Source: an uncultured bacterium
GTDB lineage: Bacteria; Babelota; Babeliae; Babelales; JABCYS01
Length of the DNA: 64,000 nucleotides
Direction of reading: 5' to 3'
Assembly (NCBI GenBank): GCA_963705705.1
Contig: CAVPKK010000004.1
Coordinates: 96,668 to 160,667, forward strand
In this document: one piece after another, positions 52,813 to 62,575 of the stretch
How positions within the stretch are numbered: the stretch's first letter is position 1
How the letters are laid out: the number at the start of each line of letters is the position of its first letter
The notes under the pieces: generated by a model
What the model was told of the DNA's origin: nothing
What the model saw: only the letters and a program-made list of their open reading frames with translations
Databases searched by the model: none
Position numbers and translations under genes: made by a program

Positions 52813-53826
52813 TTATAACGAAGATGAACAAGCAAATGCATATGCAGATCGGATGATGTAAGGTAAATCTGAAAATTTGGATTGCCACCCTAAAATGCTG
52901 TGAGCATGCGATGGATCGACTATTAGTTCAGCCTGTTCATTTTGCATGCGCGGCTTCATGATTATTTTGATAGGCAATTGTGAAACTTGTTCTACTGTTT
53001 CAATAACTTCTTTCACCGAATAGCCTCGCCCAGAGCCAATATTAAATACATCTGATGGTTTGTTTTGTTCCAAATGCATCAGCGCAGATACATGCGCTTG
53101 CGCTACATCAAGCACATGTAAATAATCCCGCACATACGTTCCATCCTTAGTTGGATAGTCACCACCAAAAATTTCGAACGGCTTCTGTTGCTGCGCAGCA
53201 CGGATGATATGCGGAATGAGATGATTTTCTGGACTATACTGCTCACCTAATCCTTGCTCTGGCAAAGCGCCGGCAACGTTAAAGAAACGCAACGCGACAT
53301 ACTGCAAATCATATGCTTGTGCGGCATCAGCTAATATTTGTTCGATCATTAATTTGGAATGCCCATACGGACTGAGAGGAGCTTTTGGATGCAATTCAGG
53401 CAACGGTGAATCTTTTGGTTTTCCATAAACATCACCGCTGGACGAAAAAATAAATTTTTTTATTCCATTCTGATGCATGAGCCCGAGCAGCTTTACGGTT
53501 TTTGCGACATTATTGTTGTAAAATTTATAGGGCGATGAATGCGATGCACCATCTTCATTTAATGCGGCACAATGAATGATTGCATGAATGTTTTGATAGC
53601 TGCAAATATCTTTGATGATTTTTTCATCTGCAAAATCACCTTTGATAAATGTCGCACACTTGAGATGCTGAATGGACTGGTTATACAATAAATCATCAAC
53701 TACGATGACTGTGTAACCCAGCTGCGAAAGAAGCAAAGAGATGACGGAACCGATATATCCAGCCCCGCCGGTTATCAGTATGGCCCGATCAGGCATAATA
53801 CCTGTAACATCCATATCCATATTCAC
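52813..53826 (-). CDS. galE: UDP-glucose 4-epimerase-like NAD-dependent epimerase
   Basis: ITGGAGYIGS, FSSS, YGHSK, LRFFNVAGA, DYPTKDGTYVRDYLHV.D. Confidence 0.85.
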   Translation of the reverse strand: MNMDMDVTGIMPDRAILITGGAGYIGSVISLLLSQLGYTVIVVDDLLYNQSIQHLKCATFIKGDFADEKIIKDICSYQNIHAIIHCAALNEDGASHSSPYKFYNNNVAKTVKLLGLMHQNGIKKFIFSSSGDVYGKPKDSPLPELHPKAPLSPYGHSKLMIEQILADAAQAYDLQYVALRFFNVAGALPEQGLGEQYSPENHLIPHIIRAAQQQKPFEIFGGDYPTKDGTYVRDYLHVLDVAQAHVSALMHLEQNKPSDVFNIGSGRGYSVKEVIETVEQVSQLPIKIIMKPRMQNEQAELIVDPSHAHSILGWQSKFSDLPYIIRSAYAFACSSSL

Positions 53827-54025
53827 GCCTTTTTTTATCTATCCGTTCCATGCGCAGCCTAACCGACAAAAAAATTTGTCACGTCAATTATTCTGTTCGC
53901 AACTGGAAAATATGTGACAAGCAATGAAATAGAATATGGCGCGAGAAGACGGTGAAAGCCGCCGGCGACTTAGAGCTTTTTTGCTCGCCGAGCCGCCGGT
54001 TTTTACCGTCCCGAGCCGCTACCGA

Positions 54026-56647
54026 TCATTGCCCGTGACATTTTTTATATTTCTTACCACTGCCGCATGGGCACGGATCGTTCCGTCCAACTTTGTCTTC
54101 CGCTCTCGCCTCCGAGCGAATATTACCTTCTTCACTGCCTTGCGAATCGGCACCGATCATGTTGAGCTGTTCAAGCTCGCGCTCACGTCGTTGTTCCAAT
54201 GTCGTCTGATCAAAACGTTCAAGATTTAGATGGAATACATGATGCACAGCCTCGATGCGTACTTGTGCCATCATTTCCTGGAACATATCAAATGCTTCAC
54301 GTTTGTATTCAATGAGAGGATTTTTTTGGCCCCAACTACGCAAGCCAATACCTTCACGCAAATTATCTAGATTGAGCATGTGCTGCTTCCATGCCTGATC
54401 GATGGTTTCAAGCAACATCCAACGTTCTGCTTGTTCAATAATTTCCGGTTTTTGCTGCTCTCGATATGCCGAATATTGTTTAAGAACGGATTCAATGAGC
54501 TCTTTTTGGAACTGCTCACTATCGCCGCCGCTGAGTTTGAAGCTCATTTGATCTGGTGTACGCCCAACTAAATGAGCAACCATCAGCATCACCCTGCCAG
54601 CTTCTTCGGCATCCAATGATCGCTTGGTTAATAAGCGTCCACAAATATCCTGAATTGCACCAGTGATAAGATCATTTACAAGTATTTGAGTAAGAGGAAT
54701 TTTTTTGGAAGGGAAAGGATTAACCGCAGGCTCCCCCGTCACCAACTCTACGGTGGACTGGCCAGCTTGCATCTTGGTCGCGCCATCAAGAATTTCTCGG
54801 CGATATTTATATACCACCAACCGCTGCTGATTAAGCACGTCATCATATTCGAGCGTGTGCTTACGAATATCAAAGTTATGCTTTTCAACCTTCTCTTGCG
54901 CAGATTCAATGATATTGGATACCATCTTCGATTCGATGACTTCATCTTCTTGCATGCCAAATCGGGCCATACGATTTTTGATCGTATCTCCGGCAAATCG
55001 CCGAATGAGATCATCTTCTAGGGAAATATAAAAGCGTGATTCACCAGGATCGCCCTGCCGGCCAGAACGGCCACGCAACTGATTATCAATACGTCTGCTT
55101 TCATGGCGCTCTGTGCCGAGAATGTACAAGCCACCAGCCTGACGAGACCCGGCTGTTAATTTAATATCGGTACCACGGCCTGCCATGTTTGTGGCGATTG
55201 TTACACGAGCCGGTTCACCGGCATATGCCACAATCTCTGCTTCACGTGCATGGTTCTTGGCATTCAATACATCATGTGCAATGCCATATGAGCTCAATAC
55301 ATTACTCAAAAGTTCAGAATTTTCTACGGAAATAGTACCAATCAATACCGGCTGCCCTTTCTCATGACGGCCTTTAATATCCTCAACGATCGCCTTGTAT
55401 TTAGCACGATTGGTTAAGAAGATAAGATCTTCCTTATCCATACGAATCATGGATACATTGGTCGGTATGGTAACTACATCCAATTTATAAATATTCCAAA
55501 ATTCTTCCGCTTCCGTTGCAGCCGTACCAGTCATACCCGCAAGCTTTTTGTACATACGGAAATAGTTTTGCAATGTGATAGCAGCAAGCGTTTGAGTTTC
55601 GCGTTCGATTTCAACGCTTTCTTTTGCTTCCAACGCCTGATGAAGGCCATCGCTATAACGGCGGCCAGCTAAAATTCGTCCCGTAAATTCATCGACGATT
55701 AATACTTCGCCATCGCGAACGATGTAATCAACATCTCGTTTGAAAATAACATGTGCACGCAATGCCTGCGTTACATGATGGAGTAAATTGATGTTGGCAA
55801 TGTCGTAAATATTTTGGACATTGAGCGCCTGCTCAATTTTATCAATGCCAGCTTCAGTAAGCTGAACTGTTCGTTGCTTCTCATCCACTTCATAATCGTC
55901 TGTAGCTTTAAGTCTGCCAATCACCTTATCAGCCTCTTGATAAAGACGACTACCCTCATCGGTAGAACCGGAAATGATAAGTGGTGTACGCGCTTCATCG
56001 ATAAGAATAGAGTCAACTTCGTCAACAATGGCAAAGCTTAGCTCGCGCTGCACATAGTCTTCCAGTCGGAATTTCATATTATCGCGCAGATAGTCAAAAC
56101 CTAATTCACTGTTGGTTCCATAAAGAATATCAGCCTCATACGCTTTTTTGCGCTCATGATCACTCATATTATTTTGTAGAATGCCTACCGATAAACCAAG
56201 GTGATTAAATATCGGGCTCATCCATTCTGCGTCACGTCGCGCAAGATAATCGTTAACGGTAACCAGATGTGCACCCTTGCCCGCCAATGCATTAAGATAC
56301 AGCGGTAATGTGGCAGTAAGCGTTTTACCCTCACCCGTTTTCATTTCAGCAATTTTACCCTGGTGCAATACAATGCCACCGATGAGCTGTACATCAAAGT
56401 GTCGCTGACCAAGCTTTCTCTTGGCCGTTTCACGCACTACCGCAAAGGCTTCCGGCAGAAGATCATCAAGTTGACGGCCGCCGGCAAGTTGCTCACGAAA
56501 TTGAGCAGTCTTTGCCGTCAATTGTTCGTCAGTAAGTTGGCTGATTGATGGCTCAAGTGAATTTATGAGTTTAACCATTGGCTCTATCGTCTTGAGTTTA
56601 CGCGCATTGGCGGTACCGAAAACAGCTGCTATTAATCTGGTTATCAT
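54026..56647 (-). CDS. secA: Preprotein translocase ATPase SecA
   Basis: EMKTGEGKTL, VDEVDSILIDEARTPLIISG, ATNMAGRGTDI, HESRRIDNQLRGRSGRQGDPG, C-terminal GRNDPCPCGSGKKYKKCHG. Confidence 0.98.
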   Translation of the reverse strand: MITRLIAAVFGTANARKLKTIEPMVKLINSLEPSISQLTDEQLTAKTAQFREQLAGGRQLDDLLPEAFAVVRETAKRKLGQRHFDVQLIGGIVLHQGKIAEMKTGEGKTLTATLPLYLNALAGKGAHLVTVNDYLARRDAEWMSPIFNHLGLSVGILQNNMSDHERKKAYEADILYGTNSELGFDYLRDNMKFRLEDYVQRELSFAIVDEVDSILIDEARTPLIISGSTDEGSRLYQEADKVIGRLKATDDYEVDEKQRTVQLTEAGIDKIEQALNVQNIYDIANINLLHHVTQALRAHVIFKRDVDYIVRDGEVLIVDEFTGRILAGRRYSDGLHQALEAKESVEIERETQTLAAITLQNYFRMYKKLAGMTGTAATEAEEFWNIYKLDVVTIPTNVSMIRMDKEDLIFLTNRAKYKAIVEDIKGRHEKGQPVLIGTISVENSELLSNVLSSYGIAHDVLNAKNHAREAEIVAYAGEPARVTIATNMAGRGTDIKLTAGSRQAGGLYILGTERHESRRIDNQLRGRSGRQGDPGESRFYISLEDDLIRRFAGDTIKNRMARFGMQEDEVIESKMVSNIIESAQEKVEKHNFDIRKHTLEYDDVLNQQRLVVYKYRREILDGATKMQAGQSTVELVTGEPAVNPFPSKKIPLTQILVNDLITGAIQDICGRLLTKRSLDAEEAGRVMLMVAHLVGRTPDQMSFKLSGGDSEQFQKELIESVLKQYSAYREQQKPEIIEQAERWMLLETIDQAWKQHMLNLDNLREGIGLRSWGQKNPLIEYKREAFDMFQEMMAQVRIEAVHHVFHLNLERFDQTTLEQRRERELEQLNMIGADSQGSEEGNIRSEARAEDKVGRNDPCPCGSGKKYKKCHGQ

Positions 56648-56696
56648 GATCTAAATTTCCTGACAAACGTAATAAGGTGCTAGATATTGAAAAGTA

Positions 56697-57437
56697 TCAG
56701 ATTTTAGTCGGTGTGACCACTGTCATTTGGCGTACGGGTGAATTGGCATTTTTGCGGACACTGCAATAGCCAGTCATGCAGATAGTACAAGCCTCAGAGA
56801 GAAATATTTTTTGAACACCCAGCGATTCCAGGTGTAAAGCCGCAAACTTGGGTAAATCGAAAAAGAGACGACCGCCCTTTTCCTTAAAAGCCTCTTGAGC
56901 AAAGTGGTAAGCTGAAAATTCTTTTTTAAATGGCGGTTGCACTTCATAGCAACAACCATGGGCGCTTGGCCCGAAATGGAATTCCAAATCTTCAACCTGG
57001 CAACCAAATTCCTGCTGTGCTCGTTCAATCACTTTTTCTACAATGCCCGATCGAGCCCCTCGCCAGCCGGCATGAATTACTCCGACGACTTCGCCGCGCT
57101 CATCCTGAGTATTATCGAAGGATAAAGCGCGAGAACGAACTCGATCAATCATTACGACTGGTAAGCAATCGGCCGTAGAAACACCCAAGCCGATTCCTGG
57201 CATATTCGTCAATAAATAATCACCGTCAACCACAAAGGGCGAAAAAAAATTGCCGTCAGATTGTTTTATTACAACGCCATCAGTCCCGTGAGTTTGATGC
57301 AAGAACAATAACTGCTGCAAACCAAGTTGCTTGCCCACACCGGCAAACGGCTCATGCTCAACCAATGTCTGGCCTCGAAACCGGGCAGGTTCATAGCTAT
57401 GCTGTGCTGTACCGAAAAAGATTTGGTTACTGTGCAT
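56697..57437 (-). CDS. pgeF: Peptidoglycan editing factor / purine nucleoside phosphorylase YfiH family
   Basis: QTHG, TADCLPV, HAGWRG, GPS...CCYEV, CT.C. Confidence 0.92.
   Translation of the reverse strand: MHSNQIFFGTAQHSYEPARFRGQTLVEHEPFAGVGKQLGLQQLLFLHQTHGTDGVVIKQSDGNFFSPFVVDGDYLLTNMPGIGLGVSTADCLPVVMIDRVRSRALSFDNTQDERGEVVGVIHAGWRGARSGIVEKVIERAQQEFGCQVEDLEFHFGPSAHGCCYEVQPPFKKEFSAYHFAQEAFKEKGGRLFFDLPKFAALHLESLGVQKIFLSEACTICMTGYCSVRKNANSPVRQMTVVTPTKI
57095..57131 (+). repeat. Palindromic interspersed element, in frame inside pgeF
   Basis: CGCGCTCATCCTGAGTATTATCGAAGGATAAAGCGCG. Confidence 0.9.
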
Positions 57438-57469
57438 GAAACTCTAATCGATTATCATGGTAAAAATGC

Positions 57470-57517
57470 AAACTACTCTCACCAACAGCCATTCAAGGGC
57501 TAGGCAAGAGTAGTTTG
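57470..57517 (-). terminator. Hairpin downstream of ftsZ
   Basis: CAAACTACTCT...AGAGTAGTTTG 11-bp stem. Confidence 0.55.
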
Positions 57518-57543
57518 GTATTTTAAAGCGAAAAAGCAAAATG

Positions 57544-58710
57544 CTATCTCATCTGGTTTTCAATTTGCTGCTTTCTTAAAAACGTAGGCACATCAAGATC
57601 ATTAGCATCAACTCGTTCAACGGTCGGTACTGTTTCATCTGCATGTTTTGCTGCCTGGACTGGCTGACGCTGTTCAGCCGCCCCACCTTCTTGTGCAACC
57701 GCTGGCACCACGGTATTAACAGCAGCAGCTGCCTTTGCAAGATCTTCTGGTTTAATAAAACCAGTAGCAATAACCGTAACACTAACTTCATCGCCCATTT
57801 GATCATCAATGACTGAGCCAAGAATAATATTTGCATCTTGATCAACAAGATCGTAAATAACTGAAGCCGCTTCACTGATTTCATGAAGACCAAGATTGCG
57901 GCCGCCAGAAATATTCAGCAATACACCTTTAGCGCCAGCGATGCTCATATTTTCAAGCAATGGGGAACTAATAGCCTGCTGTGCAGCATGGAAAGCCCGC
58001 CTATCACCTTTTGATTTACCCGTACCCAACACAGCCATACCCATACCGCGCATAATTTCGCGCATGTCGGCAAAGTCTACATTGATGTGACCTGGCTTCA
58101 TGATGATGTCAGAAATTCCCTTGACTGCCTGGTTAAGGACTTCATTAATGCGGGCAAACGCATCGATCATTGAAACTTCTTTATCAACGACATCCAACAG
58201 TTTTTGATTGGGCAACACGATCAGGGTATCAACTTCTTTTTTCAGCACTTCAATTGCTTGGTCTGCTACGCGAAGCCGTCGCTTACCTTCAAACATGAAT
58301 GGCTTTGTAACAACTGCTACGGTAAGAATACCCTTTGCTTTGAGTGCGCGCGCAATAACGGGTGCTGCGCCTGAACCGGTACCACCACCCATGCCGGCAG
58401 CAACGAACACAATGTCGGCCTCGCCAACAGTTTCCAATACTTTATCCAAATCTTCTTCAGCAGCGCGACGGCCAAGCTCTGGATTTGCACCAGAACCAAG
58501 ACCTTTGGTTGATTTAACACCAAGTTGAATTTTGACTGGGGCTTTAGACATACGAATGGCTTGCGCATCAGTATTGGCTACAATGAATTCAATGCCTTCG
58601 TAAAAGGCACTTTCAATCATACTATTAATAGTATTGCCACCAGCACCACCGACACCAATTACTTTTATGGTTGCCCCTAATGGCGTATTCTCTTTTTCAA
58701 ATTCAATCAT
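57544..58710 (-). CDS. ftsZ: Cell division protein FtsZ
   Basis: IKVIGVGGAGGN, GMGGGTGSG, INVDFAD, C-terminal DVPTFLRKQ. Confidence 0.98.
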   Translation of the reverse strand: MIEFEKENTPLGATIKVIGVGGAGGNTINSMIESAFYEGIEFIVANTDAQAIRMSKAPVKIQLGVKSTKGLGSGANPELGRRAAEEDLDKVLETVGEADIVFVAAGMGGGTGSGAAPVIARALKAKGILTVAVVTKPFMFEGKRRLRVADQAIEVLKKEVDTLIVLPNQKLLDVVDKEVSMIDAFARINEVLNQAVKGISDIIMKPGHINVDFADMREIMRGMGMAVLGTGKSKGDRRAFHAAQQAISSPLLENMSIAGAKGVLLNISGGRNLGLHEISEAASVIYDLVDQDANIILGSVIDDQMGDEVSVTVIATGFIKPEDLAKAAAAVNTVVPAVAQEGGAAEQRQPVQAAKHADETVPTVERVDANDLDVPTFLRKQQIENQMR

Positions 58711-58862
58711 GGTCTCTCCCTTACAAAACACATCTCATTGTTATGTGCTTAGTGTAGGAAGAGTCATTTTTTGGAGTCAACAGCCGAAGAGAAATATAAG
58801 GGAATGTGTTGTTTACTCAGTTATTTTTGCATACAAAAATTAATACAAAAAAATAAGTGTTA

Positions 58863-59555
58863 TTAATGTTGTATCTTTTTCGTCGATTGTGGGTGTGTCG
58901 CCTTGGGTGGTTGTGGTTGTGTCGCTCTTGGTGGTTGCGGATGAGAGCTCTTGGCTGTGGCAACTGGTTTCTTTTGTGCTGAAACGGTTGGCTTGCTTGG
59001 CTGAACAGGGTGTTGGCTTGGAACTGATACATTCACTTTTGTTTGCTGAACAACAGGTTTGCTTTGTACAGGTTTTGGCGCAGGTGCACTTACAGGTTTT
59101 GGTTGAGAAACTACTGGTTGTTTACTGCCAACCTTTTTGGTTGCTGCTTTTAACTGAGCCCAATATTTTGCAGCAGTAGTCTTTCTTGCCGCTTCTTGCG
59201 AAGGACTTTCTTGCAATCTTTTATTGAGATATGGTTGGCTTTGAAATTGTTGGACATTTACTGGCCTCATATTTTGGCCGATGTTAATCCTAGTATTTGG
59301 CGGCACATTTTCATTATTTTTTTGCATGAAGCGCGAGGCAGCCTCCGCTACCATTTCGTTTTCGCTTAGCGGAGCATATGGTTTTTTTTCCAACCGCGCC
59401 CGCAACTTATTCTGTGTTTGTTCGTTAAGAACAGTATAATAATTTTGTTGTACTTCTTGCTGTTCCCGGGATTGCTGTCCGCCGAAATCTACATCTGCAA
59501 CAATATCTATTGCCCCGTACAGAATAAAAACAAAAAGTAAAAGTTTAATCTTCAT
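58863..59555 (-). CDS. Hypothetical secreted protein with P/Q/K-rich low-complexity tail
   Basis: GAGG SD, signal-like N-terminus; lies between ftsA and ftsZ. Confidence 0.7.
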   Translation of the reverse strand: MKIKLLLFVFILYGAIDIVADVDFGGQQSREQQEVQQNYYTVLNEQTQNKLRARLEKKPYAPLSENEMVAEAASRFMQKNNENVPPNTRINIGQNMRPVNVQQFQSQPYLNKRLQESPSQEAARKTTAAKYWAQLKAATKKVGSKQPVVSQPKPVSAPAPKPVQSKPVVQQTKVNVSVPSQHPVQPSKPTVSAQKKPVATAKSSHPQPPRATQPQPPKATHPQSTKKIQH

Positions 59556-59577
59556 ACTTATACCTCACATTTAACTT

Positions 59578-60810
59578 CTAAAAGAAATCAGCGACCCAAG
59601 ATTTCATACGATCAAACACACGAGACATCATTGGCTCTTCATGATTAATCTTAAAGCCGGTTTGCTTCTTAATAGCATGTAAAAGTAATCCATATGCTGT
59701 TGCATAGATCGGCGAGTTAAGCGTCTCAGGAAGTGAATAATAACTACGAGGAACACCCACACGCACCGAAACATTAAAGATTTTCTGGGCAACTTCCTTC
59801 ATGCCGCGCAACAGAGAACCGCCACCGGTAAGTACCAGGCCAGCACGCATATATGATTGTAAATGGTATTTTTCAACTTCTTCAGCCACCAAGGATATTA
59901 ATTCTTCCGCTCGAGGCGCGAGAACTGAAACTAAGTCTTGAAGTAATACAATTCTTCGTTCAGCGCCTTGGACCATTTCAACTTCTATCACATCATCTTC
60001 AGACATCATGTCTATACAAGCCAAACCATATTCACGTTTAATACGTTCTGCCTCTTTAAGCGTTGTGCGTAAGCCAACGGCAACGTCAGTAGTAAAATGA
60101 GTGCCGGCCATAGGCAGTACCATCGTGTGCCGAATGTTTCCCTGTTGATACAAAGCAAAATCAGATGTGCCCCCACCGATATCTAAAACCCCCACACCCA
60201 ACTCTTGTTCGTCATGGTTGAGCACCGCATCTGCAGATGCCAACTGTTCCAGAATAATATCGGCTACTTGCACACCAGCCATTTGTACACATTTCACTAA
60301 ATTTTGTACCGAAGCAATCGCACCGGTCACAATATGTACCTGTGCCTCAAGGCGAATGCCATACATACCTATAGGATCTTTAACGCGTGTTTGACCATCA
60401 ATGACAAAATATTGCGGCAACACGTGCAATAATTGTTGGCCTTCAGGTATTGGGATTGCCTGCGCAGCTGCAATTACTGCCGCTACATCATCAGCGCGAA
60501 CCTCGCCCTTTCTGATTGGCACCACGCCATGAGAATTCATTGAGCGGATATGGGCACCCGAAATTCCAATGTGAGCAGTTTCAATAGGAAAACCTGCCAT
60601 AAGCTCGGCTTCTTTTACCGCTTCCTTAATTGAATGCACGGTTTTGGCGATATCAACCACCACCCCTTTACTCAATCCTTCAGATGGCGCCTTACCCACA
60701 CCAAGGATTTCCAAACTCTCACCTGTTAAATGATGCGCAATGATTACCACAATTTTTGTGGTTCCCACATCAATTGAAACCCATATTTTTTCACTCGCGA
60801 TATTAGCCAT
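59578..60810 (-). CDS. ftsA: Cell division protein FtsA
   Basis: IDVGTTKI, VLDIGGGTSD, VLTGGGSLLRG, YATAYGLL, amphipathic C-terminus MKSWVADFF. Confidence 0.97.
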   Translation of the reverse strand: MANIASEKIWVSIDVGTTKIVVIIAHHLTGESLEILGVGKAPSEGLSKGVVVDIAKTVHSIKEAVKEAELMAGFPIETAHIGISGAHIRSMNSHGVVPIRKGEVRADDVAAVIAAAQAIPIPEGQQLLHVLPQYFVIDGQTRVKDPIGMYGIRLEAQVHIVTGAIASVQNLVKCVQMAGVQVADIILEQLASADAVLNHDEQELGVGVLDIGGGTSDFALYQQGNIRHTMVLPMAGTHFTTDVAVGLRTTLKEAERIKREYGLACIDMMSEDDVIEVEMVQGAERRIVLLQDLVSVLAPRAEELISLVAEEVEKYHLQSYMRAGLVLTGGGSLLRGMKEVAQKIFNVSVRVGVPRSYYSLPETLNSPIYATAYGLLLHAIKKQTGFKINHEEPMMSRVFDRMKSWVADFF

Positions 60811-61483
60811 GGCACTCATCCTCTTTTTTTTGTAGCGTACTTAGCGCAATAATTTGTTTCTCAAATCGTACATCAAAGTGTTCACTTGGGTGCGTTTTGC
60901 ATACCTGACGAACACAATTAATAAGTTTTGATGTTTCCTTTAGTTGTTCACTCGTGCAAACCATCGAAATTGCTGGTTCTGTTAACTGCATTTCAACCCG
61001 CGATTGTTTGAGCCATGTAACAACACCGGCAGACCACGTTGCCGCATCAGCTTGTTGCACGCATGATAATAAAATGGGGGCGCAAACATCGGTAACGTTT
61101 GGAACCTCTAAGCTCGGCAATGTTTGCACACATGATTCATGGTAAGCGTGTGCGGTTACAATAGTACCATTTTCAATGAGCAAACTATCTTCATTAATGC
61201 GGGCGACTGGCCGCCAGCTAGATACCACTATTTCTTGCTGATTGGGATGTATATTTGCCCGGATCTGCTTAATTGCTGGATGAATTTGGCAAATAGAATC
61301 ACTCAGCGTATGCGCGGGATACATTGGCCTGACTGCAATATCTCTACATATAGCGTCTTGCTCCGCAGCAGAAAAATAGGAATCAAAATGAAGCACGCGA
61401 GGGTCGATAGAACGTTTATGCATGCACCATGCATATCCGCCAACTGCAAGGGATGCAACAATGAAAAAGCTGCCAAACTTCAT
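60803..61483 (-). CDS. Divergent FtsQ/DivIB-like protein
   Basis: Directly upstream of ftsA with overlap; N-terminal membrane segment, RPVARI, C-terminal FDVRFEKQII. Confidence 0.55.
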   Translation of the reverse strand: MKFGSFFIVASLAVGGYAWCMHKRSIDPRVLHFDSYFSAAEQDAICRDIAVRPMYPAHTLSDSICQIHPAIKQIRANIHPNQQEIVVSSWRPVARINEDSLLIENGTIVTAHAYHESCVQTLPSLEVPNVTDVCAPILLSCVQQADAATWSAGVVTWLKQSRVEMQLTEPAISMVCTSEQLKETSKLINCVRQVCKTHPSEHFDVRFEKQIIALSTLQKKEDECHG

Positions 61484-61617
61484 TATTTTCCTTTTTTATT
61501 CCTGCCCACGACCCGATTGGATTAAAAAATCTCTTTAGGTACGCGTAAGCCTTATACCTTTAATAACTTTTTTTAGCTCTGGGCGTCAATAAATAGGAAG
61601 TGAAAAAGGGTTTTTAG

Positions 61618-62355
61618 CTATTGCAGGCGCTTACATTGCGTTGCAACGTGAAAAAGAATGATGCCAGCGGCGACAGAGGCGTTATATGAAATGTCACTCG
61701 CTTTTTGCGGCAGTATGATCGGGGTACCTAATGAGATTAACTCACGAGAAATACCGGCACCTTCGCTACCGATAGCGATGCATAATGGTTCTTGATAAGT
61801 AACTGATAAAGCATTTTGGCTTTTTTGATGCAATGCGGTGAGATACAATTTATACCCTTGTTGGATCAGAGCCTGTCCGCCAGAAATTGCAGAGGGAACC
61901 ATCACAATTTCTAAATGCTCGGCAAGCCCAGCTGATGACTTTAACGCAACGGCATTCAATGGTGCTGAATTGCGCTGCGTGATCATAACACCATCAACAT
62001 TGGTACAATATGCCGTACGTAAAATGGCGCCAAGGTTGCGCGGATCTTGAATGCCGTCCAAGAGGAGTAAAAACTTTTCTCGTGCCGGATCAAACTGTTT
62101 CTTACGGAATGTAAACGGTGCAGCAAAACCAACAACTCCTTGATGGTCAGTCGTTTGGGCAACATTTGCTAAAGCCTCGCGTGTGACATACTGCACTTTG
62201 GTATATGACTGCAATCGCTTGGCAATATCTGCCCATGCCTTCGGCTCAGGCTTGGTAGTATAGACGGTTAATAATTTACGCCGCTTCGCTTTGAGCAGCT
62301 CAATGATGGGATGAATTCCGTAAATAAGTTCGGTATCAAATTGTTTCTTTTGCAT
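61618..62355 (-). CDS. rlmB: 23S rRNA (Gm2251) methyltransferase, TrmH/SpoU family
   Basis: IYGIHPI.E, HQGVV, LDGIQDPRNLGAILRTA, GSEGAG, SYNASVAAGI. Confidence 0.92.
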   Translation of the reverse strand: MQKKQFDTELIYGIHPIIELLKAKRRKLLTVYTTKPEPKAWADIAKRLQSYTKVQYVTREALANVAQTTDHQGVVGFAAPFTFRKKQFDPAREKFLLLLDGIQDPRNLGAILRTAYCTNVDGVMITQRNSAPLNAVALKSSAGLAEHLEIVMVPSAISGGQALIQQGYKLYLTALHQKSQNALSVTYQEPLCIAIGSEGAGISRELISLGTPIILPQKASDISYNASVAAGIILFHVATQCKRLQ

Positions 62356-62575
62356 ACCCTAATTCTAGCGTTTTCCAGCTCTTAAGCTATCTTGGTGATT
62401 AATTTAGGATGAAGCAAGCTTATCATTCATCCAGATTCGATGCTTGCTGAAGTTGAGCGATAAATATTGTAATCAAAATAAAAAGGGTGTGAGAGGGATA
62501 TCCCTCTCAAGAAAAATAGGGGAGGGGATTAAGGGGAGGGAACCGGACCCTTAGCAAAAACTTTGTGGAAGACAT

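Noticed and set aside
52813..53826. galE as a pseudogene because of atypical residues (ALNEDGAS, SSSGD, RMQNEQ)
   Set aside because: The ORF is full length with the NAD-binding and YxxxK motifs intact; divergence alone is insufficient.
26212..57131. Palindromic repeats as a CRISPR array
   Set aside because: Copies are dispersed over 31 kb with no regular spacers and no cas genes.
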